DNA of 23,827 bases from Planctomycetota bacterium (GTDB lineage Bacteria > Planctomycetota > SZUA-567 > H5-PLA8). Positions 23,523 to 23,827 of this stretch are shown in pieces (position 1 is the first letter of the stretch; each line of letters opens with the position of its first letter). Position numbers and translations under genes: made by a program. The stretch is from positions 1-23,827 of the forward strand of contig BTVV01000098.1 in assembly GCA_045863855.1 (NCBI GenBank), in the 5' to 3' direction. Under the pieces are notes generated by a model. It was given only the letters and a program-made list of their open reading frames with translations. It was not told where the DNA came from and searched no databases.

Positions 23523-23827
23523 TTATCCGAACAGCCGAGTGCATGCACGATAGCATGGACCGATCACCTTGCGTAGTGCTTGCGCGGCGGGGGAGCGAAG
23601 CATCCTGAGCAGCGAAATCTCGCCCGGCGTCAACGGTTGAAACGTGCGCTTCAGATCACGCGGGCTCTTTTGCTCGCGCAAATTGGGACGGGACACAAAC
23701 GCCAATAAGGGTGCGGCTTGGAGATGCCAATCGAGTCGCTCCCTCGCTAGTTCTTGTGCGTTTCTTCCACGCCGAGCGACTTCAGCGGGATTTCCGATCA
23801 TTTCATCCACGGCCTCACGAACAGCAC
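23523..23827 (-). CDS. C-terminal fragment of a probable GT-B glycosyltransferase; 5' end beyond the window
   Basis: The frame is open to the edge: AVREAVDEMIGNPAEVARRGRNAQELARERLDW resembles the terminal helices of GT-B enzymes. Its stop lies 13 nt before the epimerase start. Confidence 0.6.
   Translation of the reverse strand, partial: AVREAVDEMIGNPAEVARRGRNAQELARERLDWHLQAAPLLAFVSRPNLREQKSPRDLKRTFQPLTPGEISLLRMLRSPAAQALRKVIGPCYRACTRLFG

Overview
High-GC bacterial DNA; the ECF sigma/FecR module and GH57 content suggest a PVC-group organism such as Planctomycetota (inference). Left arm on the minus strand: a GH57 amylopullulanase-type hydrolase, then an ECF sigma factor, a FecR-type anti-sigma with an extra C-terminal domain, and a secreted beta-helix/PKD-repeat protein that runs off the window edge. 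Next come a second ECF sigma with a putative anti-sigma (+), a small orphan ORF (-), an intergenic tract with REP-like palindromes and a possible solo IS end, and a stand-alone lpdA. The core is a tightly packed plus-strand glycogen operon: GalT-like nucleotidyltransferase, glgA, GH57 4-alpha-glucanotransferase/amylase, soluble hybrid histidine kinase, single-domain response regulator, glgC. Converging on it from the right is the tail of a surface-polysaccharide cluster (glycosyltransferases and an NAD-dependent epimerase) whose upstream part has visibly lower GC. The most interesting candidate system is the cytoplasmic two-component pair with no DNA-binding output embedded inside a GH57-based glycogen operon, together with a GalT-like enzyme that appears to have lost its zinc ligands. 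No rRNA, tRNA, CRISPR array or intact transposase was seen. All family assignments come from motif recognition; no searches were run.
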